A stretch of 62,871 nucleotides of DNA, filler included, from Choristocarpus tenellus KU-1152 (taxonomy: Eukaryota; Protista; Phaeophyceae), in the NCBI GenBank assembly GCA_964200185.2. It is 12 parts of 12 records of this genome, joined end to end, with 100 filler letters (N's around TTAATTAATTAA, not from the genome) between each part and the next. Parts side by side here need not be neighbours in the genome. Positions count along the whole stretch, not along the records: positions 23,655 to 27,257 come from CAXNAD020019011.1; positions 27,358 to 30,904 come from CAXNAD020019335.1; positions 31,005 to 34,549 come from CAXNAD020019346.1; positions 34,650 to 40,456 come from CAXNAD020009705.1; 8 more parts are not named here. One strand, written 5' to 3'. Of the stretch, positions 23,728 to 35,129 are shown piece by piece. Under the pieces are notes generated by a model, which saw only the letters and a list, made by a program, of their open reading frames with translations, made no database searches and was not told the DNA's origin. Every line of letters begins with the position of its first letter. Within the stretch, counting starts at the first letter, position 1. Position numbers and translations under genes: made by a program.

Positions 23728-26637
23728 CTGCTGTTGCAGCCCGAAAAGCTGTAGTGTCTCATGTAGCCACTCTATCACAGCAGAAGAAGTTGAGTCGGGC
23801 CATATGCGAATGGTGGGGAAGACCATCGATAAAACTTTGAGCACAATAGGCTCCACCCAGATCTTTTAGCACACAACACACACACAACATACAGACAACA
23901 CAACCATACAAACAGAGACACAAACATACAACACACAGACAACAACACAACCATACAAACACACAACACACAGGCAACACAACCATACAAACACACAACA
24001 CACAACACACACGCAACACAACCATACAAACACACAACACACAACACACAGGCAACACAGACAAGATGGCCGTACAAGTAAAATCACCCATGGCTTGAGT
24101 ACTAGCAACCCATTCTACAGGCTACAGGCTACAGGCTACAGGCTACAGACTACAGGCTCTACAGTAGAGGGGGGGTTAAGACCTCCGCATCCCATCATCA
24201 CAACTGTGATGGGATGAGATGGGGAATGATTGGGAGGGTGTATATCATTTGAATCACCTATGACCATTTGAATGTAAGCACATTCATTATTCAAACACAT
24301 TCATCACCTGTATGACTATGACGTAGTTAAAAAGAAAACTATTCTCCAATTGTAAAACCAACTCATCAGAAGAGAGGTCATCAACTAATCAAAAATAAAA
24401 ATCCACAAAAGCACACAGGCAGATTTAATAATAAAAATATAATAATAAAAATAATAATGATAATAAAATGCAATGGAAGAAGGCATGGAGTTGAACCAGT
24501 CACATGGAAGAACAAAAAGCACACAAGGAACAGTTTATACAGACAGACAGACAGACAGACACATACCTTGATGTCTTCGATGAGGTCACCAATGCGACCT
24601 ACATCAGTACCCCTGATGGCAATGACGCTCACATTTAGCGAGGGGGAAAACGCCTCTATAAACTGAGCGTGGTTGTGATCCTCCTTTCCAACCTTGGACA
24701 TAACATACAATGGGTATTAAGTAACATATTATTATTATTATTAAAAATAATAGAAATGATAATAAAAATATAGAAAAAAGAGCCGGTTAGGGGAAGTAAG
24801 GCCCTGGTAGTTGCGATGGGAGTGCTGGGGCAGGTGGGTGTAGGGAGAACAGGGGTTGGGGGGGGAGGTGTTCACTGTATTCATTGATAAGAAGACAACC
24901 TTGTCATCTGTCAAAAGATATGGAACCGTTTGAAGTGCTAGTTTTTAAACCCGCTATAATAGTGGAAAGGGTCTCAATTTTGGGGAGGATGGAGGAAGAA
25001 GGGGGGAGGAGGGGGGGGGGGGTACGGGAAGGTGGGGAGTAATTTTTTTTAGGGTATTGTGAGCATGAATATTTTTATCGTTATGTAGCATATGCACTAC
25101 CTGTTGTTAGGGTTTGGGTTAGAAAAAAAAAAGAAAAAAAATTGATGCTTCCATTTCAACGCTCAAATGGTAATAAAAACGATAGATTTTTCCTAACACA
25201 ACAAAAAATAAAAAAGTTGAACAAAAATAAAATGCGAAAAATATTGTACCCATCACAGGTAAATCTTGTAGAGAAATAATAATAATAATAATAATAATTG
25301 TACCGTCCATACCTTCAGAATGAACTTGGGGCTCTTTTTCTTAGGGAAGAATTGCGCCATCACATCTTCTAGGGGGACCTTTGACAATCAGCAGTCATTG
25401 CGTCGGGAAGAGGGGGGGGGGAGGGGGGGAAAATATCAGGACAAGGGAAAAGAAGAATCACAAAAGAAACTCAATTCTTAATAAGAAAGAAACACGCATT
25501 GCACACATTTAGAAAACTTGAGCGTTGTGTATCCCTTCTATTTTATTATTTTATTATCTTGCAGACAATCTCTCTCTACTCAGTACAAAAAATATATATA
25601 TACCTGTTCCACCGCCGCCAATCGACACCCATAAAAAAAAAAATACACACAATTTACACGCTATCATACTTCAACAATCACAACAACAATAATAATAATA
25701 ATAACAACAATAACAATAACAATAATAATAACAACAACAAAGGTAAAGAAAGCCAACACATTGGAAGACATGTCACCTGCGGATCGTAGGGGTCAAAGTA
25801 GGCCAGCTCTGCTAGTAGTGCATAGTCAACAAGGCTGAGGCCGTGCCAACTCAATCCACAGGCAGCGTACCTGATTATTAATTATTTATTATTGAAGAAA
25901 AACACACGGAAAAGGGTTGGAACATCAACAAAGACGGGAGGGGGAACTGGCTCTACAGGTGCATTTGCGTGTATGTCTGCGTGTTGTGTGTGTGTAGGGG
26001 GGGGGGGGAAGTCATGCATCATTTCAGTTACTCATCTAGCACTGATAGAGGGTACTGTTAATAAAATAAATATTGTGTATTCTTTTTATACGTAGTTGCT
26101 GTAGCAAATACTATGACATGGGTGGAAATTAGGGTTAGGGCTGCGTAAGACAGGGTTAACAAAAAAAAAGAAGTCAATATAATTCTCTAGGCTTCTGATT
26201 GCAATTGAGCGTTGGGGTTTGACAGAAGTAGTACAAAAGTAGTATTAATACTAATAGTAATAGTAATGATTTGATACTCCAAGTGTACTAACAGAACATA
26301 CACTTCTTCGCAATTTTATAAAAGGTTACACATTTCCAAGTAATTATTATTATTATTATTATATTACTGCCACGAAAGAATTCTTCTACATAAATCCAGA
26401 GCTCCAGTGTGTTCCAGTAACGTTCCTTACAAACATTATAACAAAGAAAGAAGTGGACAGCACACACACACACACATACATACATACATACATACAAAAC
26501 ATACATACATACATACATACCTAGGCTCCTCGATCACAGGAGATCCCTGTGTCTCAAAGGTGGCCTTAACGACGAAGGCGTTATCTACAACAAGCTGCTT
26601 CTCAGGAGTCACAGAGTACTTGATCAAGCTGGGGTAC
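23728..26637 (-). CDS. Class-3 lipase-like alpha/beta hydrolase, internal part; exons 26637-26521, 25870-25777, 25378-25313, 24692-24567, 23862-23728
   Basis: Phase-consistent GT-AG exons give CGLSWHGLSLVDYALLAELAY...VSVIAIRGTDVGRIGDLIEDIK|IW, the lipase_3 'AIRGT...D..ED...W' segment. The nucleophile motif is off-contig. Confidence 0.72.
23870..24062. repeat. Compound CA-rich minisatellite (about 26-31 bp units containing CAACACAACCATACAAACA) in a lipase intron
   Basis: Direct reading; it produces the spurious Cys/Val ORFs. Confidence 0.9.
24115..24164. repeat. Heptamer microsatellite (CTACAGG), about 6 units
   Basis: Direct reading. Confidence 0.9.
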
Positions 26638-27077
26638 CTGTTTCATTCAAAAAAAAAAATGTTGAAAAAAAAAATTATATACAAGAGATTACACTCACAT
26701 GCAAGACACCAGAAAAATACAGAAGATTAACAACAATTCAAGTGCCAATAAATAAATTAACAGAATATCATTTTTATTCGCGTGTGTAAAAAATAATAAT
26801 AATAATAGGTAGAAGAAAAATAAATAAATGAAGAGACAGTGTTTGTGTTCCGAAGGATAGGAGGCGTGTTTGGGTTTCGAGAACTAGAATATGGAGCAGT
26901 TCAGGAATAGGAAGTATTGTCGACAGGAATATGTGATTCGTTTTATTACCATATTATATATACATAGAATATAAATGATTTGGTGACAAGGACAACGCCC
27001 TCCCCCTCCCCCTCCCCTTTTGGATTGTGCTTCTCACTCCAATTTTCTACCAACTGTACCGTAAGTTAGAAGGAACC

Positions 27078-27106
27078 AACCCTAACCCTAACCCTAACCC
27101 TAACCC
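27078..27106. repeat. Interstitial telomeric-type repeat (AACCCT) x~5
   Basis: AACCCTAACCCTAACCCTAACCCTAACCC. Confidence 0.9.
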
Positions 27107-27357
27107 ATATTTCAACATCAAGACTTGGGATTCTACAAATTCTAAACAGTCAAGATGAAGCGTGGACATAGGACTGGACTGGACATGGTGTGATTCAGAG
27201 GGGGAGGGGGGGGCTGCGCGGGGGTCGCTTGGAGGACACTTAGGGTTAGGGGTTTGGNNNNNNNNNNNNNNNNNNNNNNNNNNNNNNNNNNNNNNNNNNN
27301 NTTAATTAATTAANNNNNNNNNNNNNNNNNNNNNNNNNNNNNNNNNNNNNNNNNNNN

Positions 27358-27434
27358 AAATAACCAAAAAATCATGACATGAAAAACTTGACCCCAAATC
27401 GACAGCGGCCACCCCCTCGCAGATACTTTGAGCC
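27358..27434. mobile_element. MITE family B end at contig start
   Basis: ...GACAGCGGCCACCCCCTCGCAGATACTTTGAGCC. Confidence 0.75.
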
Positions 27435-27450
27435 TCAGCTTCAATGGCAG

Positions 27451-28005
27451 GAACGCTATTGTTGTTTGAAGGACTGAGGAGGTGGCAGTCCTCTTGTACG
27501 TAGAGAAGGCCACATCTAGGAGTAATCCCTTTTCCTTTAAGGGGCAGTACTTGCATTAGAGAGAACCCTGCATGGAAATCTGCATCCACATGGAACTTGT
27601 GTTTGATTGTGAAGGGGCTGCCGTCAAGGTGTGGGGGACGTCCATTTGCCTTCAGATACTGCCCACTTGCCAAACCATGGGTGAGTGCTGCCGTACTTGG
27701 TCACCAGGTCTGGGGCACATGCGAACATGACCGGTGTCCACCCCTTACCTTGCCTTCTACACCCTTCCACTGAGCAGTAATTGGAGAGTGTCTACTCTAC
27801 CCCTAAAGCTTGGTTAGTTCACCATGAGGCAAACCTCCGGGGGAGATTCCTGTCTAACTGTCTCAAGGAGTTGGGCGGAGGTTCAAGCATTGGCCCCTGG
27901 TCCACATTGGGTTCTGTGGGGGGCCAAAGTTATTGTAGAAAAAACTCCCACCCAGGCCTGGGTTGTGTGGGGAGGTTGCTACCCGGGAGCGAAAAAAGAC
28001 AGCCA
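27451..28005 (+). CDS. Possible kelch-like beta-propeller protein fragment; exons 27451-27495, 27656-27680, 27868-28005
   Basis: Three phase-compatible exons give TLLLFEG...HGSWAEVQALAPGPHWVLWGAKVIV...AWVVWGG, resembling the kelch W...P.P...VxGG spacing. Confidence 0.35.
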
Positions 28006-28486
28006 GTATGTTACAGGCGCCCCTCAATGCTCACCTTCCAGGATGTACAACTCAAGTCCAATTCACAGATTATCGAACGTCAGCTCAGCAGAACAATAGT
28101 ACTCTCAGGTGAATCAAATAGCACAAGGAAAGTGTGTAAATTGGTATCAGTAAGAGAGAACTGAATAAGTAGGGCTCTCTGGGTCAGAAGAACTGAGCCG
28201 TTTGGAGCCGTTTTTAGGATCTCTTATCATTTATCGTTGGGGCGTCTTTGGTTTACAAACATTGGAATATATTTAGAACCTTTGCGACCTTTCCATCTGG
28301 GACCCTTTGCAACTACCCGAGTTACAGAATTTATTCTGCAACTTTTAGGCCAATCGGAGTTCTCCCTTTTGGGGTTCCCCACACGCGTATACTGCTCGCG
28401 CTGGTTAAAGCACAGGAAGAAATGCTCACGCTATTCGCCTGTAACATGCCCCCCAGCATGAACTAGGTATACATGTTTCACGCTTA

Positions 28487-30904
28487 CTACAGGCGATTGT
28501 CACCGGTTAAGACAATAGATATTACGTGTCACCTCAGATCACGCTGGAGCAGCATGAGTTAGTTGCCATCACACAAAAGAGGGGCTCCAGTTCCAACTTG
28601 TCTGTTGTTTCCAACCCAGGTACCTCGGTTCCACATTCCAGATAGTTCCAACCAATGATTTGACATATCTCCCAGTTTCTTCTTGAGAATATTTCCTCAA
28701 AAGTCTTAAGATACAGTAAAAATCAATAAATGTCTGAGCTAATCAGAGTATATATTTTTGTTAAAAATATATAACTTCAACTAGCTCCGGAATCAATCAA
28801 CACATATGCATGTTTTTCTTGGGATATAATTTATCCTAAGAGGCACAGAATATAATGTGCATGTCGGCTAGTTTGAGTATGCACTTGCTCTTTCTAAAAA
28901 ATCTTCAAAAATTGCAAAGTATACCCCTCTGACATGGCCAAAAATGAATGGGACCCCAGTTCTGATCACCTTCATCATAATGGATCCATCTCCACAATTC
29001 TTTGGAGAGAGTCCATCCACAAGGTCATAGGATGCACTCTTATTCAAATTGTGTCTGCCTAATCTAAATATGTCTGTTCTTTTGGGCTCGGACTTTAGGA
29101 TAACAAAATGGAGAAAATAAGAGAATCCAAAAAATAAAACAAAAGAAGAATGTATCCTATATAACAACGTTTACTACAAGTGATTGTTACTGGTGAAGAC
29201 AATAGACGTCATTAATCGTCTCAAATCATCCTGTAGCAGGGAGAAGGAAGAGCAGAAAAGTATGCCAAACTTCTACTAGGCCTAAACATGTATCCTTATC
29301 CTACTTGGGGAAATCTGTCTGCGTCTAGCCTAATTCTGAGGATATATTCATTCTCTCTAAGGTACAGCTTTCCTAGAGTGCCAAGTATCATCTGGTTATT
29401 TCCGAAAATATGCCCAATTCCTACTAGGCCTAAACATGTATCCCTATCTTACTTGGGGGAATCTGTCTGCGTCTAGCCTAATATGAGTATACCTTTGCTC
29501 TTTATAAAGTACAGCTTCCTTAAAGTGCTGAGTATCATCTGATTATTGCCTGCTTCATGCCCCCCAGCACGAAGCATTCTGATGACTGCTAGTGCATAAA
29601 ACAGGCAATAACATCAACATCAGTGCCCAAAATAATAAATAAATAAAATAAAATAGAGGAGACAAGGGACAGAAAAAAAAAGAAAGAATTGAAGGTAGAG
29701 CATAGTAAAGGCGCGAGGGGGTACCTGGTCTGACAGAAAGGGAGAAAGAAAAAAACGAAATAAAAATGAAAACAGCAAAGAAGTAAAAATGAAAAGAAAA
29801 AAAAGAAAAAAAGAGGAAAAAAAATAAAATAAAATAAAAGCATTATATGAAAGTTACTGTCTGGTCTGATATGAGTTACTTCATAGTTCTGACTTCTGCT
29901 ATCCTATGTTCCATGCTTTCTACAGGCAATAATCATTATCTCGATAAAAAATATCCATCACCTTAGATCATGCTGCGGCAGCATGATAATTGCCATTTGG
30001 TAACATAGGGGCTTCAGTTCAGACTCTGCCAGTTTTCTCCGACATAGGGACTCCTGTTCCAAATTAACCCATGGATTCCAACAATGATCAACAATCTCCT
30101 CGTTTCCTTTGAGAACAGATCCTCAAAAGTCGTAAGGCACAGTCAAGATCAATATATGTCTGACCAGACAAGAGTATATACTTCTATTTAAAAAAATATT
30201 TGTAACTCCAACTAGCCTCAAAACAGGTCAGCAAACGTCCTTGTTTAACGTGGGAAAACTTTCCAAAGGGTCACAGAATACCTTTAGAGTCAGATTGCCC
30301 CTGGCCTAGTCTGAGTATACACTTGTTCTTTCTGAAACATAGCTTCAAAATGTACAATGTATATAGCTCTGATTGGTCATACAATTTGTGTGTCTTCCTT
30401 TCCAATCTTCCCGGTTATATAAATGTAAGTGCTATCAAGGATTAGACTTATATAATTCATGACCTACACAGCATCTGATTATTACCTGTCCTACACCCCC
30501 CATGCATAAACCATACTCAAGGCTGCTAGTGTGCAAAACAGGCAATGAAAGAAAAATAAATAAATAAAATAAAATAAATAAAGAAGGGTCAATGAAAGCA
30601 ACCAACAGTACTAATGATAAATAAAGAGAAGATATAAAGAAAAAATGAGCAATAAATACAAAATAAATAATAGAGAAATGTGTGGATAATGAGGGTAACA
30701 AAGTGGAAACTGAATAGTAAATAAAATAAAATTAAAGCACAAAAAGTAAAAGGGAAGAAAAAAAGAAAAGAAAAAGTCAGTAAATAAGGAGGGTAACAAC
30801 TATGAAAAGAAAATGAAATTCAAAATCAGGGGGTGATGGGATGAGAACTAAAAATAAATAACATTAGAAAGACATAAGGATTCAAGATCACAGAGAGTTG
30901 TTAC
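28487..30904. repeat. Old tandem duplication (about 1.4-kb period) with a nested 148-bp tandem repeat at 29272-29546
   Basis: 28520-28935 aligns by eye with 29955-30372, and 29587-29660 with 30524-30590. CTACTAGGCCTAAACATGTATCC starts at both 29273 and 29421. Confidence 0.75.
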
Positions 30905-31004
30905 NNNNNNNNNNNNNNNNNNNNNNNNNNNNNNNNNNNNNNNNNNNNTTAATTAATTAANNNNNNNNNNNNNNNNNNNNNNNNNNNNNNNNNNNNNNNN
31001 NNNN

Positions 31005-31081
31005 CAAAATTATATCAAAATCACAACATTGAATTTTGACCCCCAAATGGACGCGGCTCTACCTCTCAGATACTTTGGCTC
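31005..31081. mobile_element. MITE family A end at contig start
   Basis: ...CCCAAATGGACGCGGCTCTACCTCTCAGATACTTTGGCTC. Confidence 0.8.
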
Positions 31082-31099
31082 GCTAAGCGTGACTTCAGA

Positions 31100-31217
31100 G
31101 AGTTGATTTCTCTATTGTTGGGAAACGTTTCAGCAGAATTCAGAAAAATTCCTGTTTGCATTTGTAAAAACGGACGAATTTTGGCACATATTTGCCAGTA
31201 TCCTTAAGATACGACTC
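31100..31217. mobile_element. MITE family D (118 bp), TSD AGA
   Basis: aga|GAGTTGATTTCT...AAGATACGACTC|aga; second copy at 9630. Confidence 0.75.
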
Positions 31218-31457
31218 AGAGTACCTCGCCCTTACCTTGACTCTTATGGGGGGGAAGCAGGCACAAGTATCACCCATCTCATTGTGGTGTATTTGTCAAG
31301 AGATCAGAACTTTTTGGAGTGACTGAGCTATAGGGGTGTAATGCGAACTAGAGATTGTTGAATAGAGGGAGCATTGTAAGACAGTCATTATTTTGTTCAA
31401 CCTAAGACTGCCAAGAGTGACTTTCTCACGTTGAAAACGTTCTTCTCTTCTCAACAG

Positions 31458-34259
31458 AGCAGAGCGTGGGGAGTCATTTACTATGACGAAGAAGCAATTG
31501 ACTGCTATTGTGGATTTCTTGGACAGCAACAAGGATGGGAACGTGAGGAAAGGATAAACCGAGCGATCAATGCATGGTCCAAAAGTCAAATGTGACTTTC
31601 AAGTACTGAACTTCCTATCATTTTATTTTCAACCAAACTCTGCCATCTGTGTTCCTTGGTCCGCCCAGTGAATGTGAAGTATAGGGTGGCATGAGTGGAG
31701 GGTGAAATAGATAGAAGGACAAGCATAAGTGTTAAGAGGAACAGCGTAAGGCAATGATTGTGTGCCACTCGCACTTGGAGTGAACAATCCAATCCATGGC
31801 ATTCCCGTTGCTCATCAGGAGGTATGGGATATTCCTGGCACCCACCCATTGATTCAATACAAAATCTAGAGTCTGATCAGTCTCTCCTAAGATATTATTT
31901 TATTTATATTCGGAATTACAATAATGAGTGGGCATATTTGCAGGTTAAAGACACACTACATTGACTTGCAGGAAGATACCAACATGTGAAACTGTCGTTA
32001 GCCATCGCTATTCAGACTCCTAGAATATACCGTAAGATTTCCTTGACGAACAATGCATTAGTAGAGGCAATAAGACAATAGGCGTGTCCATATAAATAAT
32101 AGCAACAATATCGCCAAGGTTAAGGGTAGGGAATGTGGGAATGTATGGAGCATTGGTAACCAACGGATATGGACAACATTCCACATTTAGCCAATAGGAT
32201 GCATTTACCCACTAGTTCCCTCCACCCCCTCAATCTTAGCATAACTCACACAAGAGGTTCAGCGACTACCTCCAGCTGGTTCTTGCTGATTTTTCCTTTG
32301 CTGTTAATGATTGTGTTGCCGGTCAGATCAATATCCAACAACTCACTTGGGCATTCAGAAATATTCAAGAGGGACATAAGCTGCTGGCAGCGAGCAACAA
32401 GCAGGAGATGGAAAATGATGCAAATGGGGAAGGGAGGACAGAACAAAGCAATTGCATTGGAACAGGCACCCCAAGCACGTCCTTCAGCCTAGAACAAAGG
32501 AGCAAAGGAAGGGAAGACGGGACAGTAGGAGGGACCATAGGAGGGGGAGAAATTGTAGAGGGAAGCAAGAGGTTGGGAGGCACTATATCTACTGAGCAGT
32601 CGATCTTCACACCTGAGGAGGTCGACCTATTCCTGGGGTATATTATAGAGGAACAACCTGACAAGATCATTTTCAACGCATCCGACATAGCTAGAGGTGA
32701 CAATGAGGCCGTCTCTATCTGAGAATATCGTTTCTTTCTCCAATTTTATCATCTAGCCTTGTGTAGTAGTCTACCCAAAGGGGGTGTCCCCTCTATCACA
32801 CTACTGCCAACAAGAAATTATTGCTGATATGTGTCCCATCACTGCAGACTATGTCCTCATGGCTCAAAGTATCTGGGGGGGGGGGGATCTACATCAGGAT
32901 GTCAATTTGGACCCTGACCAGGAAAAGTGCACCTACATCATCCATCCAACGCATGCAACCAAATCGCCCAAAAATCGCAACATGGAAAAAGAGGTCCCAA
33001 ATGGACAGCCACCACGCCCTCCCAAATACGTTGACCCTCATTCATTCTGTACTTGCCCTTCAACAGTGTAGGGTATCTGTCTAGCCTGCAGGGAATGACT
33101 CTGTTCGGCCATGACAATGTTGCAAGCAACGTTTTACTGCCACAGTTCTCATTGATACAATGCCCATTCCCCTCTCTATCTTTTCCCATAGGAATAAGAA
33201 ATGCCAAGCTGTCCACCCAACAGTCTAATCTCAAAGTTATCCAGAGGTTTGTGGATGACTTGGATTCTGCTGGAATGTCCCCCGGGGAAGAAGGGGGCTG
33301 GGACAGGTGAGGTGCCGGATTGAGGGAAGGCAGTGTGATGCAATGGTCCAGTGCAATGGGAGTGACCAAAACAGCTTACATGATTGACACGAAATATTGG
33401 TATGATTACGTCACATGTATGAATTCCATTGCCAGTTCTGAGCATGTTCTAAGTTGACTCTTGGCCTACAGAGGCCTTAGCTGTGGTTGCTGGTAAAGGC
33501 AGGGCCAACCAACTGAGTGTGAACATGTGAGATTTATTGAGAATACTGATCATATGAACTGAAAATTCGTTTTGAATTCGAGGCACCTACAAAATCACTA
33601 GCAGCTCTTTTTCAGAACTCAATGTTGTGGGTGGTTCTTAAGCACTGTTTAGGTTCTCAGTGTAGCTTTGGTTTCTGGCGGAATTCATCGGAGGCTAGAT
33701 GCAAACAGCCCTCTATGGCTGCTCCTGAGGGATGAATAAGTTCATGAATGACTTTATTCCCATTCCCTCTTACAACTGGAAAAGATGGTTGGATGCCTGC
33801 GAGCTGGGGCTCCAGGCTGGTGCCTTTGATTCCAAGAGAGTGGTTGGCAGGCAAGAGCTCAAACGAGGTCTCAGAGCTCTTACTGCCAAAATTACCAATG
33901 GTGGTAGGGGAGGGGCAAGACATGAACAAGGGCATTCACAGGGTACCTGGGGCGACGAGGACATTGATCAACTCATGGAAGCCTTGGTTTCAAATGCAAG
34001 GGAGGGAGCAGGGGATCCTCCAAATTGTGCAAAGCAGGAAGAAGGGAGGGATGGCCTTGAGGAGGAGGATTTTATAAGGCTTGTCACTCTGGCACTTGGG
34101 AGGCATAGAAGGTTATATAGAGATGAGGAAGGGGATGGACAGGGGGAAGCGGGAGTGGAGATGAAAGAGGGAGGGAGTAATGCTGAGAAGATTGGCATTG
34201 AGGAAGACGTAAACCTCAAAAAAGGACAGCAGGTAGCTCCTTTGTGTTTACGACTGGAG
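31458..34259 (+). CDS. EF-hand-containing protein, internal part; exons 31458-31542, 32327-32696, 33192-33306, 33785-34259
   Basis: Splicing creates QLTAIVDFLDSNKDGN|INIQQLTWAF (EF-hand loop); further degenerate helix-loop-helix segments; phases are consistent. Confidence 0.65.
32861..33037. mobile_element. MITE family B, full copy (177 bp)
   Basis: tcat|GGCTCAAAGTATCTGGG...CCCAAATACGTTGACCC|tcat. Confidence 0.85.
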
Positions 34260-34360
34260 GTAAGATACAATGAGACCAAACAAGCCTTCGGTAGAGTAAT
34301 GTGGACTGGTCTATCTCCAACATGAGTCGGAAAAGACCATTACATGTTATTTCCTCAGCA

Positions 34361-34549
34361 GGCTCAAAGTATCTGGGGGGGTATAACGGCTGTCTATTTG
34401 GGGTCAATTTTTTCATGTCGCGATTTTTGGGTGATTCATCGGATGGATAATGTAAATACACTTTTCCTGATTTTGACCCAAATGGACACCCTGGTGTAGG
34501 CCACCCCCCCCCCCCCCCCCCGCCCCCGGCGCGCGGGACCGGCGGGGGG
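34361..34549. mobile_element. MITE family B running into contig break
   Basis: GGCTCAAAGTATCTGGGGGGG...CACTTTTCCTGATTTTGACCCAAATGGACACCCTGGTGTAG-polyC. Confidence 0.82.
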
Positions 34550-35129
34550 NNNNNNNNNNNNNNNNNNNNNNNNNNNNNNNNNNNNNNNNNNNNTTAATTA
34601 ATTAANNNNNNNNNNNNNNNNNNNNNNNNNNNNNNNNNNNNNNNNNNNNTCTCCTTGTTACCCCCCCTCCGGTTTCTTCTCCAATTCAATACTGACCATC
34701 CCTTCATTCCTCGTGCCTCTGCCTGCCACTCAATTCTTTAACCTCCCAACTGTTCCTTAACTCTTCGTACATTCTTCTTTGTTGATTCTTCTATTCTTTC
34801 TTGTCCCCTTCCCTGCCCCATGCCCCCCATCCAACCAGAATTCTTTCGCCCACAAAACTCAGATTACTTCATAAACTTTCACGAGTGTGAATGTGCAAGG
34901 ATGAGACCTAACACTATTCACTTCCGCACAAACAAATGTACGAACAGGAATAAATGATTTCGTTTTGTATGTTTGGTACTTACATAGAAAGGACCCAATT
35001 TCAAAGGTGGTATACCGCGCGTCGCGCGAAGTTGAGTTCGCACGAACACACTTTTTTAGTTGTGGTTGTGGAAGCACAACGATGGACACACAGAAGACAG
35101 TGGGCGGAGGCGTCACGAACCAGTAAACA

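Noticed and set aside
23759-24108. Cys/Val-rich ORFs resembling metallothionein
   Set aside because: Translation of an intronic CA-rich minisatellite.
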